DNA of 64,000 nt from a bacterium (GCA_031401035.1 JANNRA010000035.1:1322-65321), one strand, 5' to 3'. Positions 28,834 through 39,802 are shown, counted from the stretch's first letter. Numbers and translations: made by a program. Notes: generated from the sequence alone by a model not told the origin.

Positions 28834-30045
28834 TCAGGCTGACAGGGTGCCGCGTTCGGCGTCGAAGGCGGCGCGCATGGCCTGCAGCAGCGGCGGGTTG
28901 CACAGAATGTCGACGCCGGTGAGGGCCAGCGCCTTGGCGCCGTCGAGGACGCCGCGGTCGCCGTCTGGCGAGGCGGCCCAGCGCGCGAACTCCTCGGTGT
29001 GCAGGGCGACGCGCGACGGGGCGATGCCGATCATCGGATGGATCGAGGGCACCAGCTTACTGACGTTGCCCATGTCGGTGCTGCCGCTGATCAGCGCCGC
29101 CGGCGCCGTCGTGATGGTGCGGCCGAGGCCCTCGAGATTGGCCTGGTAGGCCGCGGCCATGGCCGGATTGGTCCACATGTCGGAGTAGTCCTCGCCGACC
29201 ACGCGGCTGGACATCTCGGCGCCGCTGGCCAGGGCGCCGGCGTGAAAGCAGGCGTCGACGCGTTGCTTGAGCTTGCCGAGGTGCCGTTCGTTGGCGGCGC
29301 GGACGTAGAACAGCCCGGCGGCGCGCTCGGGGACGATGTTCGGCTTCTGGCCGCCGTCGGTGATGACGCCGTGGATGCGCTCGCTCGGCCGGATGTGCTG
29401 CCGCAGCTGCGCGATCGTCTGGTAGGCGGTGACCAGCGCGTCGAGCGCGTTGATGCCGGCGTGCGGCGAGGCGGCGGCGTGCGCGGCGCGGCCGCGGTAC
29501 TCGACCTCGACGGCGCTGATCGCCAGGACGTTCATGCCGATCAGCTCGAGGCTGGCGGGGTGAATCATCATCGCCGCGTCGACGTCGGCGAAGGCGCCTT
29601 CGCGCGCCATCATCACCTTGCCGCCGCCGCCCTCCTCGGCGGGCGTGCCGAGCACGACGACGCTGCCGCCGGTCTCCGCCACCACCGCCGCCAGCGCGGC
29701 GCCGGCGCCGGCGCCGGCCGCGGCGATGATGTTGTGGCCGCAGGCGTGACCGATGCCGGGCAGCGCGTCGTACTCGCACAGCACGGCGAGGCGCGGCCGG
29801 CCGCTGCCGGCGCGGGCGGCAAAGGCGGTCGGCAGGCCGTAAGCGCCGCGCTCGACCGTCAGGCCGCGGCTGTCGAGGTACTCGCACAGCCACTCGGCGG
29901 CGCGGCGTTCGTCGAAACAGAGTTCGGGGTGGGCGTGGATGCGGGCGCTCAGCGCCAGCAGCGCGTCGCGCTCGGCGTCGACGCGGGCCGCGACGCGCGC
30001 CTTCAGCGCGGTGGTCTCACATGCGGGGCTTGGTTGGCTGGGCAT
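28834..30045 (-). CDS. M20-family amidohydrolase/peptidase (AbgB/hippuricase-like)
   Basis: HACGHN metal-binding motif. M20 dimerisation region. About 400 aa. Confidence 0.8.
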   Translation of the reverse strand: MPSQPSPACETTALKARVAARVDAERDALLALSARIHAHPELCFDERRAAEWLCEYLDSRGLTVERGAYGLPTAFAARAGSGRPRLAVLCEYDALPGIGHACGHNIIAAAGAGAGAALAAVVAETGGSVVVLGTPAEEGGGGKVMMAREGAFADVDAAMMIHPASLELIGMNVLAISAVEVEYRGRAAHAAASPHAGINALDALVTAYQTIAQLRQHIRPSERIHGVITDGGQKPNIVPERAAGLFYVRAANERHLGKLKQRVDACFHAGALASGAEMSSRVVGEDYSDMWTNPAMAAAYQANLEGLGRTITTAPAALISGSTDMGNVSKLVPSIHPMIGIAPSRVALHTEEFARWAASPDGDRGVLDGAKALALTGVDILCNPPLLQAMRAAFDAERGTLSA

Positions 30046-30784
30046 GGGTCGGCTCGTCGTCGTCGGAGAAGTCCAGGATTCCCTCGGCCAGGGCGCGCAC
30101 GTCCTCGTCGGGGTCGTTCAGCGCTCCCTTGACGTGCTCCTGCGCCTCCGGATCCTCGAGATCGCCGAGGATGCTGACGGCCTCGAAGCGCACTTCCGGA
30201 TCGGGATCGTTGAGCGCCCCGCTGAGCGTCCCGGGGCTGATCTCCTCGGAGCGGTCGCCGAGCGCCTCGACGACCGCCAGGCGTACTTCTGGGTCGGGAT
30301 CGCCCATCGCCTCGACCAGCATGGCCATCGAGGTGGGACCCTCCTCGCCGGTGAGCATCAGGACGGCGCCGATACGTTCCTCCGGGTCGGGGTCGTTGAA
30401 GAGCGTCTCGCGCAGCTCCGTCAGCTCTTCCTGATCTTCTTCCTCGTCGCCCGCTTCCATGGCGCGCTCCTGGCGCTCCGCCATCTGCCGCGTGCGGCCG
30501 GCGGCGGTCGGCACCTCGCGCTTGCTGGCGCCCGGACTGGTCACATCGACCTGGCGGCGCTCGTACTCGGCGCGCAACTGGCCGAGGCGGTCCTCGACGC
30601 GCGCACTGGGCGCGTCGCCGCTGTCGGGGCCACGCGCGACGCCGCCGCCCGGGCGCGGCGCACCAGGCGCGGCCCGGCTGGGCTCCGGCGCCGCCGCGGG
30701 GGCGTCGCCGCCGCGCATGAAGAAGGCGATGGCGACGAGGACCAGGACGGCGCCGCCGACGACGGCGGCGGTTACGCCACGCAT
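30017..30784 (-). CDS. Membrane-anchored HEAT/PBS-lyase-repeat protein
   Basis: N-terminal TM. Three 'DPDPEVRxxAVxALG' HEAT-like repeats. Its 3' end overlaps the M20 gene start by 29 nt. Confidence 0.65.
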   Translation of the reverse strand: MRGVTAAVVGGAVLVLVAIAFFMRGGDAPAAAPEPSRAAPGAPRPGGGVARGPDSGDAPSARVEDRLGQLRAEYERRQVDVTSPGASKREVPTAAGRTRQMAERQERAMEAGDEEEDQEELTELRETLFNDPDPEERIGAVLMLTGEEGPTSMAMLVEAMGDPDPEVRLAVVEALGDRSEEISPGTLSGALNDPDPEVRFEAVSILGDLEDPEAQEHVKGALNDPDEDVRALAEGILDFSDDDEPTHAQPTKPRM

Positions 30785-30961
30785 CGCGGGCTCTCGAAAC
30801 GGGGGTCGGTCGCTGACTGCACTAGGGGTGGTCTCCTGCCCGCAGCTAAGGCTGATGGCACCGCGCCGGTCAAGGCTTGGCGACCCCGGGCACAGAGCGC
30901 GCCGGGGGGTCGCCTGCGCCCGCGCCGCGCGCTACATCTCTGGATTGCCGGAGGATTCACG

Positions 30962-32374
30962 ATGCCGAAAACCCTGTTGGACAAGGTGTGGGAAGCGCAC
31001 ACCGTCGCCGACCTGCCGAGCGGCCAGACGCAGCTCTTCGTCGGCCTGCACCTGGTGCACGAGGTGACCAGCCCGCAGGCCTTCCAGATGCTGCGCGAGT
31101 TGGGCCTGCCGGTGCTGTTCGCGGAGCGCACCGTGGCGACCGTCGACCACATCATCCCGACGCACAGCGAGGCGCGCCCCTTCGCCGACGCCCAGGCCGA
31201 GACGATGATGTCGGAGATCGAACGCAACTGTCGCGAGTTCGGCATCACGCTCTACGACCGCGCCTCCGGCCACCAGGGCATCGTGCACGTCATCGGCCCT
31301 GAAATGGGGCTGACGCAGCCCGGCATGACCATCGCCTGCGGCGACAGCCACACCAGCACGCACGGCGCCTTCGGCAGCATCGCCTTCGGCATTGGCACCA
31401 GTCAGGTGCGCGACGTGCTCGCCTCGCAGTGCCTGGCGATCGAGAAGCCGCGCATCCGCCGCATCGAGGTGAACGGCGCCCTGCCGGCGGGCGTCTACGC
31501 CAAGGACGTCATCCTGCACATCATCCGCACCCTCGGCGTCAAGGGCGGCGTCGGCTACGCCTACGAGTACGCCGGCTCGACCATCGACGCGATGACGATG
31601 GAAGAGCGCATGACCGTCTGCAACATGAGCATCGAGGGCGGCGCCCGCTGCGGTTACGTCAATCCCGACCAGAGCACCGTCGACTACCTGCGCGGCCGCG
31701 CCCTGGCGCCGCCGGGCGACGCCTTCGCGCGCGCCGCGGGGTGGTGGCTGGGCATGGCCTCCGACGCCGGCGCGGCGTACGACGCGGTGACCCGCCTCGA
31801 CGGCGCGGCGCTGACGCCGGTGGTGACCTGGGGCATCAATCCCGGTCAGGCGATCGGCATCGGTGAGCGCATTCCCGACGTCGGCGCCTTCGCCGCCGAC
31901 GAACGCGACGTGGTCGAGGACGCCTACGCCTACATGGACTGGAAGGCCGGCGCGCCGATCGCTGGGACGAAGATCGACGTCGCCTTCATCGGCTCGTGCA
32001 CCAACGGACGCATCTCCGACCTGCGCGAGGCGGCGCGCGTCGCCAAGCTCGGCCGGGTGCGCTCGCACGTCAAGGCGATCGTCGTGCCGGGTTCGCAGGA
32101 CGTCGCCCGCCAGGCCGAGGCCGAGGGCCTGCCGGAGGTCTTCCGCGCCGCCGGCTTCGAGTGGCGGCTGCCCGGCTGCTCGATGTGCCTGGCGATGAAC
32201 CCCGACAAGCTGAGCGGCCGTCAGATCTGCGCCTCGTCGAGCAATCGCAATTTCAAGGGCCGCCAGGGCAGCCCGTCGGGCCGCACACTGCTGATGAGCC
32301 CGGCCATGGTCGCCGCGGCGGCGATCGAGGGCGCCGTCACCGATGTGCGCGCCCTGCTGGGAGGTGCGCGATGA
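30962..32374 (+). CDS. leuC: 3-isopropylmalate dehydratase large subunit
   Basis: Aconitase-family motifs ([25 protein letters not shown]). GGAGGA RBS. Confidence 0.95.
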   Translation: MPKTLLDKVWEAHTVADLPSGQTQLFVGLHLVHEVTSPQAFQMLRELGLPVLFAERTVATVDHIIPTHSEARPFADAQAETMMSEIERNCREFGITLYDRASGHQGIVHVIGPEMGLTQPGMTIACGDSHTSTHGAFGSIAFGIGTSQVRDVLASQCLAIEKPRIRRIEVNGALPAGVYAKDVILHIIRTLGVKGGVGYAYEYAGSTIDAMTMEERMTVCNMSIEGGARCGYVNPDQSTVDYLRGRALAPPGDAFARAAGWWLGMASDAGAAYDAVTRLDGAALTPVVTWGINPGQAIGIGERIPDVGAFAADERDVVEDAYAYMDWKAGAPIAGTKIDVAFIGSCTNGRISDLREAARVAKLGRVRSHVKAIVVPGSQDVARQAEAEGLPEVFRAAGFEWRLPGCSMCLAMNPDKLSGRQICASSSNRNFKGRQGSPSGRTLLMSPAMVAAAAIEGAVTDVRALLGGAR

Positions 32375-32991
32375 GCCAGCTCGTGAAGATCACCCGCGTC
32401 GCCGGCCGGCCGATCCCGCTGCGCGGCAACGACATCGACACCGACCGCATCATCCCCGCCCGCTACCTGGTGGCGGTGACCTTCGACGGCCTCGGCGAGG
32501 CGTCGTTCCGCGACGAGCGCTTCGACGCGCAGGGCAACCTGAAGGGGCACGTCATGGACGACCCACGCTACCGCGCCAAGGGCACGCGCATCGCGGTGGT
32601 GAACAAGAACTTCGGCTGCGGCTCGTCGCGCGAACATGCGCCGCAGGCGCTGCTGCGCTGGGGCATCAAGGCGCTGGTCGGCGAGTCGTTCGCCGACATT
32701 TTCTTCGGCAACTGCGTCGCCCTCGGCATGCCGTGCGTCACCGCCGGCAGCGACGAGATCGCCCGCCTGCTGGCGGCCGTCGAGGCCGAGCCGACGCACG
32801 AGCTGGTGGTCGACCTGACAGCGCAGACCGCCGCCTACGGCCCGCTGACGATCGCCGTCGCCCTGCCGACCGGCATCCGCAACCAGTTCCTCGCCGGCAC
32901 CTGGGACGCGACGCGCGTGCTGCTCGCGGCGGCGCCGCAGATCAGGGCAACGGCGGCGCGCCTGCCCTACGTGACGCGCTTCGCCGGTTGA
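32371..32991 (+). CDS. leuD: 3-isopropylmalate dehydratase small subunit
   Basis: ATGA overlap with leuC. '[12 protein letters not shown]' motif. Confidence 0.95.
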   Translation: MSQLVKITRVAGRPIPLRGNDIDTDRIIPARYLVAVTFDGLGEASFRDERFDAQGNLKGHVMDDPRYRAKGTRIAVVNKNFGCGSSREHAPQALLRWGIKALVGESFADIFFGNCVALGMPCVTAGSDEIARLLAAVEAEPTHELVVDLTAQTAAYGPLTIAVALPTGIRNQFLAGTWDATRVLLAAAPQIRATAARLPYVTRFAG

Positions 32992-33021
32992 CCGCAGCTG
33001 CCGATTCTCCCGAGGGATGCC

Positions 33022-33627
33022 GTGACGGAAGCAAACTCGTCCTCCAAGGTCCGGAAGGTGGCTGGCTGCGCGCTCCTCGCCCTCGGCATCGGCGTGTTCG
33101 CGGTACGCGTCCTGCACGAGGGTCCCTACGCGATGCCGCGCGGCGCGAACCTATTCGGTGGGCTGGGTGCGCTGCTGCTCGGCGGTGTGCTGGTGTGGCC
33201 CGCCGCGCCACGCCGTCTCGGCTGGCTGGCGCTGGCGGCCAGCCCCGTGGTGCTCTTCTTCGGGCTCTACGCGACGATGGCGGAGCTCGAAGAGGTGGTG
33301 TCGCTCTACGCCACCGACAGCGCCGGCAAGCAGGCGGATCTACGCCTCTGGATCGTCGACCGCAGCGACGGCGAGTGGGTGGGAATGCCGCGTTCCAAGG
33401 CGGTCGAGCACTCCCTGGATGGAGCGCGCCTCGAGCTGCTCCGACATGGGGAGATCCGGTGCGTCGTGCCGGTGCTTCACGAGGACCGCGCGACCGTCAA
33501 AGCGATCCACGCCCTCAAGGTCGAGAAGTACGCGGTAGCCCGTGGCGCCGCCGCGATCGGTCTCTACCCCCGCGAGGCCAGGGAAACCGCCGTCTCCCTG
33601 CGCCTCGATCCGTGTCCGGGCGGCTGA
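33022..33627 (+). CDS. Hypothetical membrane protein (three TM helices in the N-terminal half)
   Basis: Hydrophobic segments. No recognisable domain. Confidence 0.45.
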   Translation: MTEANSSSKVRKVAGCALLALGIGVFAVRVLHEGPYAMPRGANLFGGLGALLLGGVLVWPAAPRRLGWLALAASPVVLFFGLYATMAELEEVVSLYATDSAGKQADLRLWIVDRSDGEWVGMPRSKAVEHSLDGARLELLRHGEIRCVVPVLHEDRATVKAIHALKVEKYAVARGAAAIGLYPREARETAVSLRLDPCPGG

Positions 33628-33748
33628 GCCGAGCCCGGAATTGCCGTCCAGCGACCCACCACGGGGCTCAAGACACGAGACGGCGATGACGCCGTCGGCG
33701 AGCTTGTGCCACGGTTCCCACTCGAGCGCTCAAGCGATCCGCGAAACG

Positions 33749-34372
33749 TCAGAGCTCCGAGCGGTAGTCCTCATCGACCATCTCATCGATCGCCGCGACC
33801 ATCTGCTCATCGCCGCCAACTTTCGCCGCGAACATCTTGCCAAACGAGACGCGCTGCGGCGCCCAGGTTTCGGGCTTCCACAGCTGAGCCCGCAGGAAGG
33901 CCTTGCCGCAGTGGAAGAAGCACTCGTCGACGTGTACGCGGATGGCGAGCAGCGCCGGCGCGCCGCGCGCCGCCAGGCGCTCGAGGACGGCGGGGTCGCT
34001 GGTCAGCTCGGCGCGGCCGTTGACGCGCACGGTCTCGTTCGTGCCGGGCAGCAGGAAGAGCACGCCGACGTGCGGGTTCTCGAGGATGTTCTGCAGGCCG
34101 AAGATGAGCTTGTTGCCCTTGCGATCCGGGATCAGCAGCGTCGCCTCGTCCTCGATGGCGACGAAGCCGGGGTGGTCGCCCTTCGGCGACACGTCGAGCC
34201 GGCCAGCGCGGTCGGCGGTCGACAGCACGACGAACGGCGAGCGCTCGATGAAGGCGCGCGAGAAGGGATCGATGGTGGAGTTTATCTTCATCTCTAAGGC
34301 GGGGTTCGACTCGCCGATGATGGCGCGCAGCGCCTCGCCCGTCTCGATCCGGTGCCCGTTCTGATCAGCCAT
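33749..34372 (-). CDS. Pyridoxamine 5'-phosphate oxidase-like FMN-binding split-barrel protein
   Basis: 'SPFVVLSTADRAGRLDVSPKGD…LLIPDRKGNKL…GNETVRVNGRAEL' is the typical PPOX-class signature. AGGAGG RBS. Confidence 0.7.
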   Translation of the reverse strand: MADQNGHRIETGEALRAIIGESNPALEMKINSTIDPFSRAFIERSPFVVLSTADRAGRLDVSPKGDHPGFVAIEDEATLLIPDRKGNKLIFGLQNILENPHVGVLFLLPGTNETVRVNGRAELTSDPAVLERLAARGAPALLAIRVHVDECFFHCGKAFLRAQLWKPETWAPQRVSFGKMFAAKVGGDEQMVAAIDEMVDEDYRSEL

Positions 34373-34864
34373 GCTGCCTCCTGGTGCGCTATGAGATGGC
34401 AGACAATAGACCGCAGGCGCGACAGACGGATACCAGAAAGCGCTGCGCCTGCGCGGCTGGCCGTGACCCGGTCCGCCCCCGCCGGAGCAACCGCGAGTTT
34501 GTCGCCCAGCGCGTAGCGATCGAGGAAACGCCCCCGTAGCATGGATCCCCGCGTCGACGCGGTGCGGTGAGCCAATGCCACGGTTCGAGCAGCAGCTTGG
34601 CCGCATTGATCTCGGCCGGCGTCGGGGTGTGCCCGACCGACCCGTTCGGGGCTCAACGGTCTTTCGAAGCGGGCCGCGGCATGGCGGGCTTCTGCACCAC
34701 AATGATCTCCCGGTTTGTACCGTCGCGATCTCCCGGCCAGGCGGCTGGCCCACATGACCAAAGCCACGGGAAGTCCAGCCTTCCCAGAAACGGGAATGGG
34801 TCAGCCGGCGTTCCGCCCTGCTGGCTGCCCAGGCCGAAGGGCGCAGCTATCGCAACGGGCGAGC

Positions 34865-34939
34865 GCGGCGGAACCCGAGGCCGGTGCCCTGGGCGATCGG
34901 TTCAGTCAATCCCTAGATACCGGTGACCGAGAACGGGCG
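34865..34939. repeat. Direct repeat copy A (~85% identical to 36100..36173)
   Basis: gcggcggaacccgaggccggtgccctgggcgatcggttcagtcaatccctagataccggtgaccgagaacgggcg. Confidence 0.8.
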
Positions 34940-35043
34940 TAGCTCCCGCGCATGAAAGCGCCGCGCAGCAGCGCGCCGCAGCCGGCCTGACCCGCTGCAC
35001 TGCTCACGGCGGGCAATCACGCCAGGAACGGCAGGCAAGATGA

Positions 35044-35957
35044 CTAGAAACCAAGCCGAACAGCACGAACACTACTCAGAGCGCCATCGGTCTTGTTGGT
35101 CGCCGACGCCGACAGCCTGCCTCCCGAGAGTACCCACGCGCTCGGGTCATCCGCTCGGCTGGTTGAGCTCCAGGCTGAGAAACCGCCGCAGCTGCACGTG
35201 AGGACCGTGCACCCCAGCGTGCAATTCGACAAGAAGACGGGATCGATTCCCTCGAGGACGTACCGGCTCAGGCTGTGGAGCTCGTTGATGTTCGGCATCC
35301 GCCAGTCGGTGTGGCCGGCGAAGCTGGCGGTATTCAACACGGTGATCTTCGCAAAGCCGGAAGACCACGTGTAGACCGGTTGGAAGTCGTGGACGGAGCC
35401 GTCGTAGGATAGCTTCTCCCACATCAGACCGGTCTGATTGTCGGTGATCGTCCCGTCGCCATTGTCCGCCAAGCTGGGGGCGATGCCCCTCTGGAAATCT
35501 CCGTCCTGTCCAAGCGGCGAGCCGGGACATGGGCCGAGCGTGCCGCCACCCTGATCGCATTCGGTGTTTCCCGTCTTCAGAAACAGCACTGGTGGTCGCA
35601 GTGCCGCCCCGCCCAAGGCCCCGGCGATGTTGTCTGTCTGGGCGTCGAGTGCGCTCTGAATCTGCGCCAGAGACAACGGCGCATCCGGACACGCGGCGGC
35701 CGCGTCGGCTGCCTTCTGGTCCGCCTTCTGCCATGCCTCCGACAGTCCTGTCGCGCACGCCCCGAGGGCGGTGGTGTACTTCACCGCGTCGGCGTTCAGA
35801 ATCAGCGTCTTCACCGCATTCTGACGACACAGCGAATACTTACCGGCCGCGAGATTCTTCCTCGCCTGGCACTTCTGTTCGGGGGTGGGCGCCGCGTGCG
35901 CGGCCGAGGCCGCGATCAGCAGTACCAGCGCCACTCTGCCAACACTTCTTCCGCTCA
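35044..35957 (-). CDS. Secreted DUF1566 (Lcl C-terminal domain) protein
   Basis: Signal peptide MSGRSVGRVALVLLIAASAAHA. 'DNGDGTITDNQTGLMWEK…HTDWRMPNINELHSL' DUF1566 signature. GGAGG RBS. Local GC is lower than its surroundings. Confidence 0.75.
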
Positions 35958-36099
35958 TCTCGGCCTCCGTTCGACCAGGCGCGCCCGGATTTGCTGCCGC
36001 GCAGAATCTGCAGGGCACCGACTGGGTGCGAGGTCAGGTGCCACGCTCGCACAGGCTTTTGAGCGTTGTCCATGAATTTCCTCGCGCACCGCTGTCCTC

Positions 36100-36173
36100 G
36101 CAGCGGAACCCGAGCCCAGTAGTCTGGGCGATCGGTTCAGTCACTCTCACGACACCGGTGACCGAGAACGGGC
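36100..36173. repeat. Direct repeat copy B (upstream of the DUF1566 gene)
   Basis: gcagcggaacccgagcccagtagtctgggcgatcggttcagtcactctcacgacaccggtgaccgagaacgggcc. Confidence 0.8.
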
Positions 36174-36326
36174 CGGCGAATGCTCCGTCGGGTCGCCGCA
36201 GCGCCTCTGCACGAAGCTCGGAAGTCGAATCTTTGCCGGCGAGAGGATCGACACGTGGGAGAATCTTTCAAACAAGAGGGGGGGATCCGCTCATGCGGAG
36301 CCCGTTGAAGCACGGCGCGGGGCTTC

Positions 36327-36509
36327 TCAGCAGGTTGTCAGTCCCCGATGATGGTGGACAGCACCTGCCGCTATCAAGTCCGATCGCTCGCGGTGGTAGG
36401 CCGCTGAGCTGATCACGATGGCAGGACGTTGCTTGGTGGTCGTCTGGTCAGTGAAGGGAAAGGGGACGAGTACGACGTCGCCGAACTCATATCCCGTCGT
36501 AGTCGGCAT
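36327..36509 (-). pseudogene. MazF/PemK-family toxin, truncated to 60 aa
   Basis: MPTTTGYEFGDVVLVPFPFTDQTTTKQRPAIVISSAAYHRERSDLIAA… is the canonical MazF/PemK N-terminus. It stops after ~60 aa where ~110 are expected. It overlaps the antitoxin 3' end by 23 nt. Confidence 0.55.
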
Positions 36510-36696
36510 CGTCCGGATTGTCCCGGATGCGGCGGAACGCCTCGATGGATAGCTCTGCCGCAGCCGCCGTCAGTTTGCTGTCCAAGGCGCGCTGACGCAG
36601 GAAGTCGACGAAGTCCTCGACCTCCGCGACTTTGTCTTCCGGCAGCTCACGGATTTTCTTGAGCAGGGCGTGTTCCTCGTCGGCCGCATGCTTCAT
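36487..36696 (-). CDS. DUF2281-like antitoxin
   Basis: MKHAADEEHALLKKIRELPEDKVAEVEDFVDFLRQRA matches the 'LPxxxxxEVxDFxxFL' DUF2281 motif. GGAG RBS. Confidence 0.6.
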   Translation of the reverse strand: MKHAADEEHALLKKIRELPEDKVAEVEDFVDFLRQRALDSKLTAAAAELSIEAFRRIRDNPDDADYDGI

Positions 36697-36976
36697 CGTG
36701 GCACTCCGTTCATCTCGTATTCGTTTAGCATGCCGCGACGGGATTCGGCACATGGACAACGAACCGGCACTCCGCACGGTGGGCAGGCTCCGAGCTGACT
36801 TCGGCGAGCGCAACTATTTGCCATCGCGGCGTCTATCTCGCACCCGATCAATCGTCATTGGGGTAGGACTCACCACCCCAACGCATCCGCGCGCTGCTCA
36901 CAGCGACGCCGCAGATCCAGGCGACCGCGGCGGGCCTGCCCCACACCACGCGCTTCTCGAGCTGACCGTCGTCGCT

Positions 36977-37291
36977 TCAGGCGCGGCGGCACTGATCGCA
37001 GGGGCACAGCTGGCGCAGGTAGGGATAGGCGTAGATGCCGGTTTCGTGGCCGTCGCCCCAGACGAACGAAAAGGCGTAGCGGCCGACCGGGGCAATGCGC
37101 TCGAGGTCGGTGTTCTCGGCGTGGATGTAGCGCTTGTCCCCGGAGTGGCCCTGGCAGCTCGCGCACGGGCACCAGCCGCGCAGATAGGTCCACGCGTAAG
37201 CGCTGGCGTGGCCGTCGCTCCAGGCGATCTGCACCTCGCGCGCCGCCGCGTCGCGGCGCACTTCGAGCGGCTGCGGCGGGCGCGGCGACAT
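36977..37291 (-). CDS. DUF971 (gamma-butyrobetaine hydroxylase-like N-terminal domain) protein
   Basis: Two 'W.DGH.S.Y....LR..CPCA.C' half-repeats: IAWSDGHASAYAWTYLRGWCPCASC and FVWGDGHETGIYAYPYLRQLCPCDQC. Confidence 0.7.
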   Translation of the reverse strand: MSPRPPQPLEVRRDAAAREVQIAWSDGHASAYAWTYLRGWCPCASCQGHSGDKRYIHAENTDLERIAPVGRYAFSFVWGDGHETGIYAYPYLRQLCPCDQCRRA

Positions 37292-37369
37292 GCGGCGACC
37301 ATCGACCTGGGCGGCCGTCTTTGCAAGGCGGGGCCGGCTGCGCCAGAGGGGCGCCGAGAGGGGGGCTAG

Positions 37370-38371
37370 ATGACCGAGCCGCGGCTGCGCGCGATCGCAG
37401 CGGAGGAGCGCGCCGCGGTGCTCGATCTGCTCGGCGGCTGGTTCGACGACAGCGAGGCGCCCGAGCGAGCGCGGGCGCGAGCCTTCTTTGCTCGCTACAT
37501 CGAGCACGACCCGACCTTCCGTGACGCACTGTGCTTCGTCGCCGAGCGCGACGGCCGCCTGCTGTCGACGCTACAGGTGTTTCGCAAGCGGGTCGGACTC
37601 GGCGCCGGCGTGACGCTGGAGGTGGCGGCGGTCGGCAATGTCTATACCGCCCCCGCCGAGCGCGGTGCAGGCATCGCCTCGCGTCTGCTCGACCACGCCC
37701 TCGCGCAGTTGCCCGCGCACGGCTTCGACGCCTCGCTGCTCTTCGCCAGCCGCCTCGACTTCTACGCTCGCCTCGGCTGGGTGAGCCATCCACGCCAGCT
37801 CGACTTCATCAGCGCCGGCACGGCGCCGCCCGTGCCGGCGGACGTGGAGTGGTTCGACAGCGAACGGCATCTGGACGGGGTGATCGCCGTGTACGACGCA
37901 TACAGCGGCGGGGTCCCGGGTGCGACGCTGCGCGACCGCGCCTACTGGACGGGGCAGCTGCGCTACGCCGGCAATCCCGCCGAGCGCGCCGTCGTCGCTC
38001 GCGAGGCCGGGCGCGTCGTCGCCTACGCGCGCGCGACGACCCTCTACGACGTGCAGGTGGTGATCGAACACGGCGCCCTGCCCGGACAGACCGAACGCCT
38101 CGCCGACTGCATCGCGCACCTGCACGCCGGTGCCGCGCCAGCGCCCGGCACGTTGCTGCAGCTGGCGCCGGACACGCGGCTTGCGGTGGTCCTGGCGACG
38201 CGCGGCCTGGTCCCGGCCCCGATCATGGATTCGGCCTGGATGTGGCGCATCCTCGACCCACGGCGACTGGCTGACCGGCTCGGCGTGGCGCCGGCGGCGC
38301 TGTCGCCGGCGGTATTTGCCGAGCGGCTGCCGCCCGGTCGCAGCCGGTACTGGATCGCCGATCGCTTCTGA
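37370..38371 (+). CDS. GNAT-family N-acetyltransferase with C-terminal Eis-like/SCP2-like extension
   Basis: 'VGNVYTAPAERGAGIASRLL' acetyl-CoA-binding motif A. Confidence 0.7.
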   Translation: MTEPRLRAIAAEERAAVLDLLGGWFDDSEAPERARARAFFARYIEHDPTFRDALCFVAERDGRLLSTLQVFRKRVGLGAGVTLEVAAVGNVYTAPAERGAGIASRLLDHALAQLPAHGFDASLLFASRLDFYARLGWVSHPRQLDFISAGTAPPVPADVEWFDSERHLDGVIAVYDAYSGGVPGATLRDRAYWTGQLRYAGNPAERAVVAREAGRVVAYARATTLYDVQVVIEHGALPGQTERLADCIAHLHAGAAPAPGTLLQLAPDTRLAVVLATRGLVPAPIMDSAWMWRILDPRRLADRLGVAPAALSPAVFAERLPPGRSRYWIADRF

Positions 38372-38417
38372 ACCGCGGCGATTGACATCGCCGGCGGCGG
38401 GCCGGAATGTCGGCGCC

Positions 38418-39389
38418 ATGCGGGCACCGGCGCCAACGACGCGCTTCTCGCACTGGTTCGGCGAGCAGGTCTTCCTGCTCCGCCAGCGGCGGCGGCTGCG
38501 CCGCATCGAGGCGCTGCGCGCCGGCGCGGCGGATCCCGCCGCCCTGCTCGACGCCGTGCGGCGCATGCAACTCACCTTCACCATCACCGCCGGACGCACC
38601 GGCACGACCTACCTGACGCGGCTCGGAGAGTTGTTTCCTGGAACCGTCAGCCTGCACGAACCGGATCCGTCGTACGTGTACTTTCTCCGCCAGGTGCAGC
38701 GACGCCCCGCCCTCGCTCGGCGGTTCTGGCTGGAGTACAAGCTGCCGTTCATCGCGGCCCTGGCAGGGCCGCGCTACATCGAGACCAGCCACCTGTTCTG
38801 CAAGGGCTTCCTCGACGCGCTGCTCGAACTCGGCGTGCGTCCGGGCATCATTCTACTGCGGCGGCATCCACGCCCGATCGCCACCAGCCTCTTGACGCGC
38901 CACACCGTCCCGGGGCGCGGCCGGCTGGGGCGGAAGTATCTCGTCCATCCGGGCGACCCCGGCGTGTTGGCGTTGCCCGGTTGGCAGGCGCTGACCAGCT
39001 ACCAGCTCTGTTTCTGGTACGCCCTCGAGATCGAACGACGGCAGCGCCTGTACGGCGAGCGCCTGGCGGCGCTCGGCACGCCGCTGGTGGATATCACCGC
39101 CGAGGAGTTGCACGACCCGGCGCGCTTCCTCGCCGCCGGCGAGCGGCTCGGACTGCTCGCGGCGGTCGCCGATCGCGAGACGCTGCTGCGCCGGCACGCG
39201 GAGGTCTCGGCGCGCGGGCACAACATCAACCCGACCGAGGCGCGCGCGGTCGCCGACCCCGAGGCGGAGGAGCGCGAGGTGTGGCGGCGCGTCGAGCCGG
39301 CCGCGCCCTGGCTGCGCGAGGCGGTCGCGCGCCGCTACGCAACGCCGGCCGCGGCCGCGCTCACGCCCCAGGCGGTTTCCCGTCCTTGA
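38418..39389 (+). CDS. Sulfotransferase-family protein
   Basis: 'TITAGRTGTTYL' PAPS 5'-phosphosulfate-binding loop. About 320 aa. Confidence 0.6.
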   Translation: MRAPAPTTRFSHWFGEQVFLLRQRRRLRRIEALRAGAADPAALLDAVRRMQLTFTITAGRTGTTYLTRLGELFPGTVSLHEPDPSYVYFLRQVQRRPALARRFWLEYKLPFIAALAGPRYIETSHLFCKGFLDALLELGVRPGIILLRRHPRPIATSLLTRHTVPGRGRLGRKYLVHPGDPGVLALPGWQALTSYQLCFWYALEIERRQRLYGERLAALGTPLVDITAEELHDPARFLAAGERLGLLAAVADRETLLRRHAEVSARGHNINPTEARAVADPEAEEREVWRRVEPAAPWLREAVARRYATPAAAALTPQAVSRP

Positions 39390-39708
39390 GCTGCTGCTTC
39401 CAGTCGAGCAGACGGCCCTTGGCCGCCCACTCCTCCGCCCTCGGCACGTCGCCGGCGCGCTGGTAGATGCGCGAGACGTTGGTGTACGAGAGGATCTCCT
39501 CCGGCATCAACGCCGCGGCGCGCTCGGCGGCGGCGATCGCCTCGTCGAAGCGGCCGAGGTCGGCAAGCGCCATCGACAGGCCTTCCAGTGCGTCGGCGTA
39601 GTCCGCGTCGATCGCCAGCGCCTCGCGGTAGGCCGCCACGGCGCCGTCGAGGTCGCCCTCGGCGATGCAGTCGACGGCGCGGTCATAGTGCACTTCACGG
39701 GTCGCCAT
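39361..39708 (-). CDS. Small TPR-repeat protein
   Basis: AAYREALAIDADYADALEGLSMALADLGRFDEAIAAAERAAALMPEE are TPR-like helices. It overlaps the sulfotransferase 3' end. Confidence 0.55.
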   Translation of the reverse strand: MATREVHYDRAVDCIAEGDLDGAVAAYREALAIDADYADALEGLSMALADLGRFDEAIAAAERAAALMPEEILSYTNVSRIYQRAGDVPRAEEWAAKGRLLDWKQQLKDGKPPGA

Positions 39709-39802
39709 GCGTTGGACGCTAGCATGCAGGTGGCGGCGGTGGATGGGGGGCGCGGGATTGCGGGCGCGTCGGATCGGGCCGTCCGTCTGCTACACCCCCT
39801 GT

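Noticed and set aside
30785-30961. Possible leu leader-peptide attenuator upstream of leuC
   Set aside because: A GC hairpin (CGACCCCGG…CCGGGGGGTCG) exists, but no short Leu-codon-rich leader ORF or U-tract is present. It is more likely an ordinary promoter-region structure.
34294-34767. 157-aa minus ORF between the PPOX-like gene and direct-repeat copy A
   Set aside because: It overlaps the PPOX start. It has no RBS or domain signal and an Arg/Ala-rich composition. It was considered as a decayed DUF1566 paralogue, but no similarity is visible.
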